In this document: in pieces, positions 13,153 to 24,471 of the stretch
Position numbering within the stretch: position 1 is the stretch's first letter
Layout: each line of letters opens with the position of its first letter
The notes under the pieces: generated by a model
The model's database searches: none
The model's input: the letters and a program-made list of their open reading frames with translations, nothing else
What the model was told of the DNA's origin: nothing
Made by a program: the position numbers and the translations under genes
Source: Octopus vulgaris
Lineage: Eukaryota
Direction of reading: 5' to 3'
Assembly: GCA_951406725.2 (NCBI GenBank)
Contig: OX597814.1
Coordinates: forward strand, 203,732,001-203,796,000
DNA length: 64,000 bases

Positions 13153-13263
13153 AGCCTCTCAACCACATGGTTCTAGGTTCATGGGCAAGTGTCTTCTACT
13201 ATAGCCTTGAGCTGTCCAAAAGCCTTGTAAATGGATTTGGTAGATGGAAACTGAAAGAAGCCC

Positions 13264-13311
<48 letters not shown>

Positions 13312-13573
13312 GATGATGATGATATATATATATATGTATATATATATAAATGTGTGTTTCTTTGTATTTGTCCCCTCTCATTGCTTGGCAACCAGTGTTG
13401 GTGTGTTTACATCCCCATAACTTAGCGATTCAGCACATAGAGACCAATAGAATAAGTACCAGGTTTGAAAAATAAATAAGTACTGGAGTTGATTCATTTA
13501 ACTAAAACAATTCTTCAAGATGATACCCCAGCATGGCCACAGTCTTCTGGCTGAAACAAGTATAAGATAAAAG
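13153..13573 (+). mobile_element. CORE-type SINE copy, diverged, with internal (TA)n
   Basis: AACCACATGGTTC..GGGCAAGTGTCTTCTACTATAGCC...CAGCATGGCCACAGTC..TGAAACAAG. Confidence 0.8.
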
Positions 13574-13627
13574 AACCATGTTACTAAATTTGTTTGAGGA
13601 GTAGGACTGAAGAGGATATTTGATAAT

Positions 13628-13834
13628 TACTCTCTTTTACTTGTTTCAGTCATTTGACTGTGGCCATGCTGGAGCACCGCCTTTAGTCGAATAAATTGAC
13701 CCCAGGACTTATTCTTTGTAAGCCTAGTACTTATTCTATTGGTCTCTTTTGCTGAGCCGCTAAGTTACGGGGATGTAAACACACCAGCATCAGTTGTCAA
13801 GCAATGTTGGGAGGGGGCAAACACAGACACACAA

Positions 13835-13913
<79 letters not shown>

Positions 13914-14075
13914 ACGGGCTTCTTTCAGTTTCTGTCTATCAAATCCACTCACAAGGCTTTGGTTAGCCCAAGGATATAGTAGAAGACACTTGCCCAAGGT
14001 GCCATGTAGTGGGACTGAACCCGGAACCATGTGGTTGGTAAGCAAGCTACTTACCACACTGCCATTCCTGTACCT
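13628..14075 (-). mobile_element. CORE-type SINE, full-length
   Basis: Same family as 189-574, with an internal (CA)n(TA)n tract. Confidence 0.88.
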
Positions 14076-14533
14076 ATTGTTTCTAATTTATATCCAAAGC
14101 AAGGCAATTTGAAGAGGAGGGGTTTGTTGCTACCATCAACTTCAGTATTTGACTGGTACTTTATTTTATGACCCTCCCAAAAGATGAATGGTAAAGTTGG
14201 CTTTGGTGGGATTTGATACACAAAACATACAGAGCTGAAAGAAATATCTCAAAGCATATTATTTGATGCTCTAACAATCCTTCCCTAAAGGATACCCAAT
14301 AGTTATAACAATAAGAAGAACAAGAACAGAAAATATCCTATTGTTTTAAGAAACATATATTCCAGTGCAAGAATCGTACTATTGATCGATAGCTTTTCTT
14401 CAGTACAGCCTATTAGTTTTCTTTGATGTTTCCTGTGGTTGGCTTTCACCAATAGGTTTCTTCTACTGTTCAGATTCCAAACACTTTATGTGGTTACTAT
14501 CACTAATTTCTTCAGAAGAAATTAATAGGTTGG

Positions 14534-14610
<77 letters not shown>

Positions 14611-14613
<3 letters not shown>

Positions 14614-14896
14614 TCGTGACCGACCAGGCTATCAGATGTTGCTACACATCGCTTTTTCACAATGCGCTTTGCATTGTTTTAGCCTTCAAATGACGCCACC
14701 CCACTGGCTAAGCGAGCAGGCCAACAGAAGAAAGAGTGAGAGAAAGTTGTGGCGAAAGAGTACAGCACGGATCGCCACCACCTCCTGCCGGAGCCTCGTG
14801 GAGCTGTAGGTGTTTTTGCTCAATAAACACTCACAACGCCCGGTCTGGGAATTGAAACCCTGAGTCCGCTGCCCTAACCACTGGGCCATTGCGCCT
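14611..14896 (-). mobile_element. tRNA-derived SINE of a third family (CpG-retaining, probably young); related head near 60095-60250(+)
   Basis: Minus-strand head GGCGCAATGGCCCAGTGGTTAGGGCAGCGGACTC..GGTTTCAATTCCC with A and B boxes; flanked by microsatellites. Confidence 0.75.
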
Positions 14897-14907
14897 ACAT
14901 GCACGCA

Positions 14908-14951
<44 letters not shown>

Positions 14952-15743
14952 CATACATATACTTCTTTCTATTCATGATGTCATTTAACTGTGCTTATCA
15001 TTGTACCCCATCTTTCCTCTGCAGAATGTTGTGTCTGTGAATTTCTTTCCTTGCACGTTTTTTCCTGCAACTATTGACTCGCAACATTTCAAGTGAAACC
15101 GTAACTATATAGTCTTACTGAATGGGTGGGAGGAAAGTATGGAACCAAACACTGGCTTTTTTTAAAAAGCTCTTTGGGATTTAAAAGACATTTGCATTTT
15201 TTTTATATCTGGAATCTATCATTTTATTTAAATAATGCAACTATAAATAAGTTTTAAAACTTTCTAATTTCTGTACTTATTTAAATATAACCAACTTAGG
15301 GCTATAATCTTTTATCTATGTGTTTTAATGGTCTTTTGCTAGAATTATATGTAGACTTCAAATAAATTTTAGTGAACTATTAAAGAATAGTTACTGTTTA
15401 TTGGTCTCATACAAGAATCATGTTATTTTTCTGTTTTTTTTTTAATTTCCTTTCTATTGCTATTTTTGACTGTCACATTTTTTCCCAAGGATATGTTGGA
15501 ATATCAAGATTCAACTTTGCTTCTTCAACATTGAGGCTATGGGCTTGTTACTTATTTCTTAAGGCAGTTCAAATAAGCACACATCACACACACATCCACA
15601 TGTACACACACACACATGCATACACACTCACACCTTGTCTCAAACTTTTATCCTCAGCATTGCAACTGTCTGGAACAATCTAAAATTTCAAGCTGAATGT
15701 GAAATACATCAATCTAGCTAATCTAGGAGGGCCTGTAAAGGCT

Positions 15744-16147
15744 ATACTCTTACTCTTTTACTTGTTTCAGTCATTTGACTGCGGCCATGCTGGAGCACCG
15801 CCTTTAGTCGGGCAAATCGACCCCGGGACTTATTCTTTGTAAGCCTAGTACTTATTCTATCGGTCTCTCTTTTGCCGAACCGCTAAGTGACGGGGACATA
15901 GACACACCAGCATCGGTTGTCAAGCAATGCTAGGGAGACAAACACAGACACACACACATAATACATATATATATACATATATACGACAGGCTTCTTTCAG
16001 TTTCCGTCTACCAAATCCACTCACAAGGCATTGGTCGGCCCGAGGCTATAGCAGAAGACACTTGCCCAAGATGCCACACAGTGGGACTGAACCCGGAACC
16101 ATGTGGTTGGTTAGCAAGCTACTTACCACACAGCCACTCCTGCGCCT
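15744..16147 (-). mobile_element. CORE-type SINE, full-length, young (CpGs retained)
   Basis: Head GGCGCAGGAGTGGCTGTGTGGTAAGTAGCTTGC...GGTTCCGGGTTCAGTCCC on the minus strand. Confidence 0.9.
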
Positions 16148-16460
16148 GTGCATTCTTCGTCTATCTCTTCTTCCCTTGGCTAAAGCATAAAAGAAAATAT
16201 CAACATAAATAATATTTATTACATGTTTACATACATTTTCATATAAGACTCTGTGCATTGAAAATCTCAGGATACAAATCTTTAGTTAGAAATATTTGAT
16301 GGTTAAGATTGTTAGGTGTTTGTTATCATATTTCTGTTGAAATACTCAGCACCCCAGCTTTTGTGGGGGTGGGAATAATGAAGAATTTAGTAAAATAACT
16401 TTGTCATTATGTAGCTGATGTTTGGAAGATAAATTAACATGGGATTTTGATGGACATTTT

Positions 16461-16687
16461 CAACCCTTTAGCATTTAAACTAGGCATATGTGACCCAAGT
16501 ATTCTACCCGTTTCATACTGGTCAGATCCAGTCTCTCACACCTACCTACCTACAATATATCATTCTGAAAATAAACAATCACATCATCAAAATCTCAAAA
16601 CTATAAGATAATGCATGCTTAATTCAAAATTTATGTGAATAAACAAGCATTACATTTGACTGAGTAGTCTGCATGCTAGAGAGTTAA
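16461..16687. mobile_element. TTAA-type MITE, family A (CCCTTTAGCATT ends), nested in a family-B MITE; other copies at 42991-43213 and 61942-62145
   Basis: Ends AACCCTTTAGCATT...ATGCTA(G/A)A..GTTAA and a shared internal block (AATAA..AAGCATTACATTTGAC). Confidence 0.7.
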
Positions 16688-16861
16688 TTTAACTTAAGAG
16701 CAAAATGTTTGATTCATAAAATTAGGGACAGTCTTGAGCAGGCTGATAGCAAAAGGGTTAATTATAAACTTCTTAGCTTAGAGGTTGGTGATAATCATAA
16801 GTTCAAACTTTTGTAGCAGCATGGAAGAATGCATGTGATAAATATAACAGTAATTTTTTCA

Positions 16862-17075
16862 AGGGGCAAGCTGGCAGAAATGTTAGCATGCCAGACGAAA
16901 TGCGTAGTGGTTTTTCGTCTGTCCTTACGCTCTGAGTTCAAATTCTGCTGAGGTTGACTTTGCCTTTCATCCTTTCGGAGTCAATAAATTAAGTACCAGT
17001 TGCAATATTGGGGTTAATGTAATCAACCCCCCCCCTACAATAAAAACTTTCGGGCCTTGTACCTGGAGTAGAATA
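16862..17075 (+). mobile_element. SINE of a fourth family; copies also at 61118-61303(-) and 63722-63925(+)
   Basis: GCTGGCAGAA..GTTAGCA head, GAGTTCAAATTC B-box-like motif, conserved GACTTTGCCTTTCATCCTTTCGG..TCAATAAA..AAGTACCAG domain. Confidence 0.75.
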
Positions 17076-17404
17076 AAAAAGAAAAACAAAGAAAAAAATA
17101 ACTGTAATTTAAAAAAAAATTATTGTTTTAAAAAACTTTTAAATTTTGTTTTTTTGGTTGTTCATATATGAAGATTAGGTCATTTTGCTATTTTGAGTTT
17201 TTAGCAATGAGCATTGTCCTGTATTTCACATGGATTATAGTTATATAATGATATGTATTTGGAATATCTGTAACGGTCTTTACAGTTTGAATTTGTTCTA
17301 CTTCCTACTTTAAAGCATTTTGGTATTGACCTATTTCATACACCATGCGTATATTTCTGCTAGAATATATTTAGGTTATTCAAGTCATGGAAACTCTTAG
17401 CTGA

Positions 17405-17465
<61 letters not shown>

Positions 17466-17570
17466 GATGGTTTCAGTTTTTTTTTGTTTTTTTTTCTGTA
17501 AAATTCTGAAAGGAAATATTCTATTGATTAACGTTACATATGAGCGTCTATCTCCTATTAATATAAATAT

Positions 17571-17881
17571 TATGAAATAGACACTCATTCTACCAAGGTC
17601 AGCTTTACCTTTCATCCTTTCAGGGTCAATAAAGTAAGTACCAGTTGAGTACTGGAATTGATGTAATCAACTTACCTGCTCCCTGAAGTTGCTGGCCTTG
17701 TGCTAAAATTTAAACTAATATTTCTTTCTCATATTAGTTTAAATTTTGGCACAAGGCCAGCAACTTCAGGGAGCAGGTAAGTTGATTACATCAATTCCAG
17801 TACTCAACTGGTACTTACTTTATTGACCCTGAAAGGATGAACGGTAAAGCTGACCTCGGTAGAATGAGTGTCTATTTCATA
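17571..17881. repeat. Near-perfect fold-back: 151-bp arms, 9-nt loop, built largely from a SINE fragment
   Basis: 17571-17721 is the reverse complement of 17731-17881 with 3 mismatches by manual count. Loop TTCTTTCTC. Confidence 0.97.
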
Positions 17882-18124
17882 TTGATAATTATGTGAAGCT
17901 GTGTAGATTTTAAAAATTTGCAAGCATTCTTTCTGTATAATGAAATTTGCATGATATAATCATGCATACCTGTTGTAGGTAAACTTTAATTTCAAATTCC
18001 AATAATTTTTTTGTTAGTAAAAATGTGGAAATATGAAAATAATGTTTCTTGTCTTTTATACTTTGACAATTCATTCAAGTTAGGAATACACACACATGCA
18101 CACACGCGTGCACACTCACACACA

Positions 18125-18887
18125 CAGTGTTTGGGCTGAAAAGAAAACAATATCCAATCCAAAAATAAAAGTATTTTAGAAAATCAAAAAATAGCAACTG
18201 GCTTATGGCTGGGAGTTGACAGTTTTACTCAAAGTAGCCGCACCCAGCTTCCACCACGAGCTCAAGAAATCTCTGGAATCTGGCACACATGTCTCTACTG
18301 TGTCCCTGGGAAGATCTTTTAACATGTGCTTGATCTTCGTCATCAGCTCAGTCTTGGTATTGCAGGCAGAGCAGTTAGTGTCTTTTTTGACTGTACTCCA
18401 CATGTAGTAATCCATGGGATCACAACTGGGGTGAATTAGGAGGCCAGAAATTGGGGCTGGTGAATTTGTAGAAATTCTTTGATAACCACTTCTGGCTCTT
18501 TCCGGAAGTTTGGTGAAGAGCCGAATCCTGCTGCTACACATATAGCGTTCCAGCAACAACCCTTTCCAGCTGGGGATTGACCACAGTCTCTAGCAGCTTC
18601 AGATAGTTGTCTGAATTGAGCCAAAGGCCCTGTCCAACGATGTGGGGTGTGGACACAGAACGCTTGCTGCACCACTTCCTGCTGGCCATGGCTTTGCAGT
18701 TTCCATTGCAGCTGTCCATGTTGCATTTTACAGTCTTTACAGCAGTCATGGATGTTGGGATTTTGATACCTGGTGCAAATCATCATTTTACCAGTAGCTC
18801 TTCTTTAATCTTTATGCTCTCCAATATGATTGACTATTCACTAATACAGCAAGCTGTTCATGAAAAAACTTTAACCCAAACACCCTG
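18125..18887 (-). mobile_element. Internally deleted Tc1/mariner-superfamily element (maT/DD37D-like)
   Basis: TIRs CAG(GG)TGTTTGGG(C/T)T at both ends, TA at the right end. Minus-strand remnants LNSDNYLKLLETVVNP, QQDSA and CDPMDYYMWS...NTKTEL (third catalytic residue D). Confidence 0.75.
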
Positions 18888-21800
18888 TATGTATGTATGG
18901 ATGTATGTATGTATGGATGTATGGATGGATGGATGGAAAGGTAAAAGTTTTTATTTTTCATTCACCTCGAAATTGCTCTTAAATGTGGTTTTGGTCGTTT
19001 TGACTGCTACTTCTAGCATGTAAGGCTGCCTGTTATGGGTCACCTCTTTTGTGTTTAAACATACTCACACACACACACACACAAACACACACATATATAT
19101 ATATATATAATTATGCTTATTATTTTAAAGCAAGTAAATCAACAGACTGGGAAGACTTGTTAGCTTATTAACCAGGGCTGTTTAAATTAACCATCATTTA
19201 ACGTCTGCTTTAGACAGCTTGACTGGTACTGGTAAACCAGGGAGCTACATCAGGTTCCAGTCTGAATTTGGCTTGGGTATATATATATTTTTTTCTTTTT
19301 TTTCTCTAGTTTAAGCTCAGAGCTGCAGCCATGCTGATGCACCGCCGTTTATATATATTATATTTATATATGTATATATATCATCTTTATTTAACACCTG
19401 CCTTCCATGTATATGTAAATGAATGATAAAAATAAAATCTGTGGTAATAGCTAATTTAAAGTATTATTTTCATAATTATATACACCAACAAACTTTTCAG
19501 TATGAAGCTTTTAGTTATTTTTATCATTTCTTTTACTTATCTATCTATATTATACATATACTTTAATACCACGTCCACACTCAGAATACTACACACATGA
19601 CTTCATCATCATCATTGTTTAACATTCGCTTTCCATGCTAGCATGGGTTGGACGATTTGACTGAGGGCTGGCGAACCAGATGGCTGCACCAGGCTCCAAT
19701 CTTGATCTGGCAGAGTTTCTACAGCTGGATGCCCTTCCTAACACCAACCACTCCGAGAGTGTAGTGGGTGCTTTTACGTGCCACCGGCATGGGGGCCAGT
19801 CAGGCGGTAGTGGCAACGACCTCGCTCGAATCTTTTTACACATGCCACCACCACAGGTGCCAGTAAGGCGACACTGGTAATGATCACACTCAAATGGTGC
19901 CTTTTACATGCCACTGGCACGGAAGCCAGTTAGCCACTCTGGCAATGATCACGCTCGGATGGTGCACTTAGCACCCTACAAGTATGGGGCACAAATAATA
20001 AAAGCGTAATCATTGTGATTTACTTAGTTTTATATATTGATATTCTGAGCCACTTCTTGCTAAGCTGCTAATTCTTCAGTGGTGCTATTTAATTGAAATC
20101 AATTAGTACAGTGCTGCTATTGTTTTAATTTATTTTTTTTAAATTTCGATGTATCTTTTATTCTATGATTTAAAGGTCTACAAATATTGTCCTTTTCAAA
20201 TTATTTCAGAAGCAAACTTTAAAATATTCCATACTGTAGAAGAAATTGTTGCTCAGCAGTAAACTTAAATTTAATTTACCATCGTTTTGACTCATTTGCA
20301 TTTTTATTTTTGGGGAAACTGTGTAGAATGTGAACAGAAGCTAAAGACTTTATTTTTATCCCCTATATCATTATCATCATCACCATCATCTTCACATGTC
20401 ACAAGTTCTATGCTGGAGTTGGTTTGATGGTTTAACAGCTATTGTAGTCCTTGCTTGTTCAGTTCATTTTTTATTATTCCTTGGTCATGTATGGTATCAA
20501 GATATGTAAAGGTTTGTGTTTTGTAGTTTGTTTTTATGTTGATAGAAGAGAGATTGAAGATGCATATTGGGAAAAGTATAGTTGGTAATGGATCTTGTGT
20601 ATTGCTTGCATTCTTCACAAGTAATACAGAATGTTCTTAAATGTTTTACCAGCCATAGAATAAGGTTAATGATCTCTTAAAATTAGTTCTACATTATAGC
20701 TTTGATTTTCTCTTCAGTTCCAAATAAGTTTAATCTATACTGGCTTCTAATTCTACATCACATGTTCATGGGACAATGTAAGTTACTAGAATTATTGAAG
20801 GCAATATAGTGGTTGCATGGATAACATATTGAATTACTAACTCACAGGGCATGGGTTCAAGATCCACTTCTGATGTTGCATAATGCTTTTGTTCATAGCA
20901 CATTTGTTTTGGTCTGTTTCACTGGAAAAACTACCTATCACTCCCATTTCATGATGAGATGCTTATACGTTAGATGTTCTCAGCCAAAATGTTCATATTT
21001 GCAGAAACAACCAAAACATGATAGCATGAAAAACAGGATGTAAATGAGGTAATATTTCTAAGAATCTCCATTTGCTCCACTGCCAAATTTTTCCCTTTCC
21101 AAGAATTAGTATCTAGCCTTCCTTTGTACTATACCTTTTCTTCATTTCTTCTATTACAACTAATTCCATCCCAGTTCTACAAAGAATAATGTGCTGAACT
21201 ACATAACTTCTGTTCAACACTATATGAAGCAATACCTAAATGCTTGAGATGATCTGTTAAACAAAATTATAATTTTTCCATATTATTAGCCATAGCTTTA
21301 CACATGAAATACTTTTTTTATGTTTACAGTACACTTCGTTTCAGTCAGCTTGGTTTCTGATTGTTATCATTTGTCCTGTTCCTGGTTATGTACATAGTAC
21401 CAGACTAGATTCCAACTAGAAACTCTTGTTTAGGAACTAATGTTAACAATGCTCTTATCCCCTAATCCATTGACACACTTATTCACCTTATCCCTTGTGG
21501 ACAAGAGCATTATTAATATTAGTCTCAAAGGTGCCTTATTCGAATGAAGCCTGTTATTGTATACATTTAGAAATAAAACATTTAGTTATAGAGATTAAAC
21601 CAATTAAAACTAGATTTAAAGGATGCAAAAATATTTTATATGAAGCAATTTGTAGAAAACTTGCTAAAAAAAAAAACAACAACTTTTAATTAATTTATTC
21701 AGATAAATTTTTTTCTCATTATTTCCTGTTTTATTCTTCAAAATTTACCATTAGACTTCATATTACAATTAGGAATTTTTATTTTATAGGTTCAATGAAA

Positions 21801-24430
21801 TAATTTTACTTGAGTTTCTTCACGAAATAATGGGTTCCTATACAGTACTTCTCGTAGTGATTTCTTAGACTTCATAAATATAATCAAGGCTAAATTTTGC
21901 TTTTACTATTATATTTTGATGGCAGAGAAGTGCCAAGCAAAGGCTTTGAAGTTCTTAGCTATGTCCCTTTATGTGCTGGGGTCAAATCCTGCCAACAAAC
22001 TTTGACCTTTATCTTTTTGGTCAAAACCTAGATCAATTCAATTAACATCATCCTTCCTTCCAAATTCAAGGCCTTTGTGCCAGACTTGAAGCACCATAAT
22101 TGTAAGATATTCTCATTTATTATCCTCAGTCCTTTATAAACTGAATTATTTTCGTGTGTTGAACACTGTGTCTAGTGTCTCCAACTTATCTAGCTGTCTT
22201 AACAACATGATATAATGGTTGATGTAAAGTAGCAGTGGTAATGGGGGTATCTGTCTTTAAAATAAATGAAAACAAATCTTCAGACTCAAAAATTCTGTCT
22301 GCAACTAGAAATTATTCTGATTTTCTTTACTTTTTTTGTTTTTTAAATTCACTCTACATATTCCAAATTATCTGTACCATAATGTCCTTAAAACTGGAAA
22401 TCTCTTCAATTTTCTGACTGAAAGTCTCATAGTTTCTGTAGAGGAAATATTTTTTTCTTTTATTGAAAAAGACAGTGTCTAGCACAATCAGCTACTTCAT
22501 TTTCCATGTTTCTGTCCTTCCTACTGTCTTTCTCTTCAACAAGGATTTCTCTAAGCATTATTTAAAATAATGTTCTATTTGTCATGCAGATCACTTTACA
22601 CACTCCTGTTCAACCGTTGTCTTCATATCTTTATTTTATTTCTCTCTTTCTCTCTCTCTCTCAACATTTCTCATTCCCTTTCTCTTTTTATTCCTTTCTT
22701 TCATTTCCTTCTCCTTTCTGGCTGTTTGCCTGGCCTCTTTTTTAATGGGTCAGATTTTCTTTTCTGGTGTCGTTAAAAAAATAAAATCAATTTAAATGAT
22801 TATCGAAATTAATTAGAGAGTTGAATCCTGCAAACAGTATAAATGAGAATTTACTAAGAAGGTAAGTGATAGAGCATCATTAACTCCAGTAAATTATTTT
22901 ATTGTATGTTTTTATTTTGTAAAAATATATAATTTAAAGTAATTTGCTCAGTGAAAGAACTTTTCTATTTTCTTATTTATGATGGGTAATACACATTAGC
23001 TTTTAATTGTGACGAACTTGTATTTAATTTATTATCAGCAGAAACAAGACAATGAAAATATCTAGTATAAGAGAAAAGAAAAGAATTATTCTAAAATTAT
23101 GGTGTTCTCAATAAAAATATCTTTTGCATGAATTTTAAAATTGTTTTTTTTTTTGTTTCTGTAACTGTGGCATTCCTATAAAATTACATGGCATTGATAT
23201 TTTTGACACTGTTCATGTACAATTGTTTGTTTATTCTTATATATTAAAAAAAAAAAGAGAAATTCTGTGCTGCAAAGAACCGTAGATTGATTTCATTGTA
23301 ATGTAGATAAATGTCTGCTCATCATCTTATGTAAATTGATACACCAATTTGTTTGTTTTTATATTGGACAACTCAAACATCACAAAATGTATTTTTGTTA
23401 ACCTATAATACAGCCAATTTTGTCTTCCAGTTTCTATTAATATATATTGTTTTTCTCAGCAATAATAATAACTAGGATGAAGTTGAGTATTTCAGGATTG
23501 TATTTTAGTAAAAACCATAACAAAATCAGCAACTTCATACTAAAGGTTACAGACACTCAGATATGGCCTGAAATAGGTACATTCTGCTATTTTGATGACA
23601 TTATTGGCACTGTAGTATAAATCTTAACATTAGCAGCCTCATGTTAAAGCTTATGAACACTCAAATGTCTGCTGGAAGTAGGTATATTCTGTTATGTAGA
23701 TGACATAATTGGCACTAGACCTGAAGTAATTAGTAATATATTGACTAAAGTTATAGGGAAGATGAGAAGATTTTGGTAACAAAGGGGTTATCAGACAATA
23801 TGAGAAATATGTTAAAAATGTATTCAGTATGGCAGTAAAGTATGTTTAATGGGGACACTGCAGTGGTTTGAAAGGACTGAGTTGTTTAATCCCAGGTTGA
23901 GCCTTTGTTTTTAATGACTCCATCAGTGGGGGGAAAGGGCAATAAATATGACTGTTTTAAGGGCCTCCAAAGATGATAGAAGGAAGGTAGGAAATTGTCT
24001 TTAAACTGGAGACCTGACTAGATTACTTGCAGCAGAGTAACCTCCACTAAAAGTATCCAAAGGCGCAGGTGGTAGTGAACAGGGCTATAATCAAAGGCAT
24101 TCCATCTGAGACCATCCTCCCTTTTGCTGTATCTAGAACTACATTGCTCAATCTAATTTGAGGGGAATTTGCTATTTCTTGATTTGTCTAATGATTGTGT
24201 CTATTGTTATTGAAGGAGAGATTGACATGACCCCACTGGAGAAAGTTTTTGAGGTCTCTGTTCATAAAGTCAGTGCAAGTTTGGTGTGAAGTGTCTTGGC
24301 TGCATGTGGATGGTACTTTGGTGTGAAAAGGGAAGAAGAGTGAGTGTTGTTGGAGTTGATGGGAAGTAGGTCAGTGATGTGAGGGACAGAACTGAGTCTT
24401 GGGGCACATCAGATTAGATAGAGTATTGAT

Positions 24431-24471
<41 letters not shown>

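Noticed and set aside
13739-14112. Recurrent ORFs with HLPKVP.SGTEPGTMWLVSKLLTT (also near 15927, 53331, 60540)
   Set aside because: They are translations of the same SINE family, not a protein family.
14840-14896. tRNA-like A/B boxes here and at other SINE heads
   Set aside because: No complete cloverleaf, and each is fused to a SINE body; not tRNA genes.
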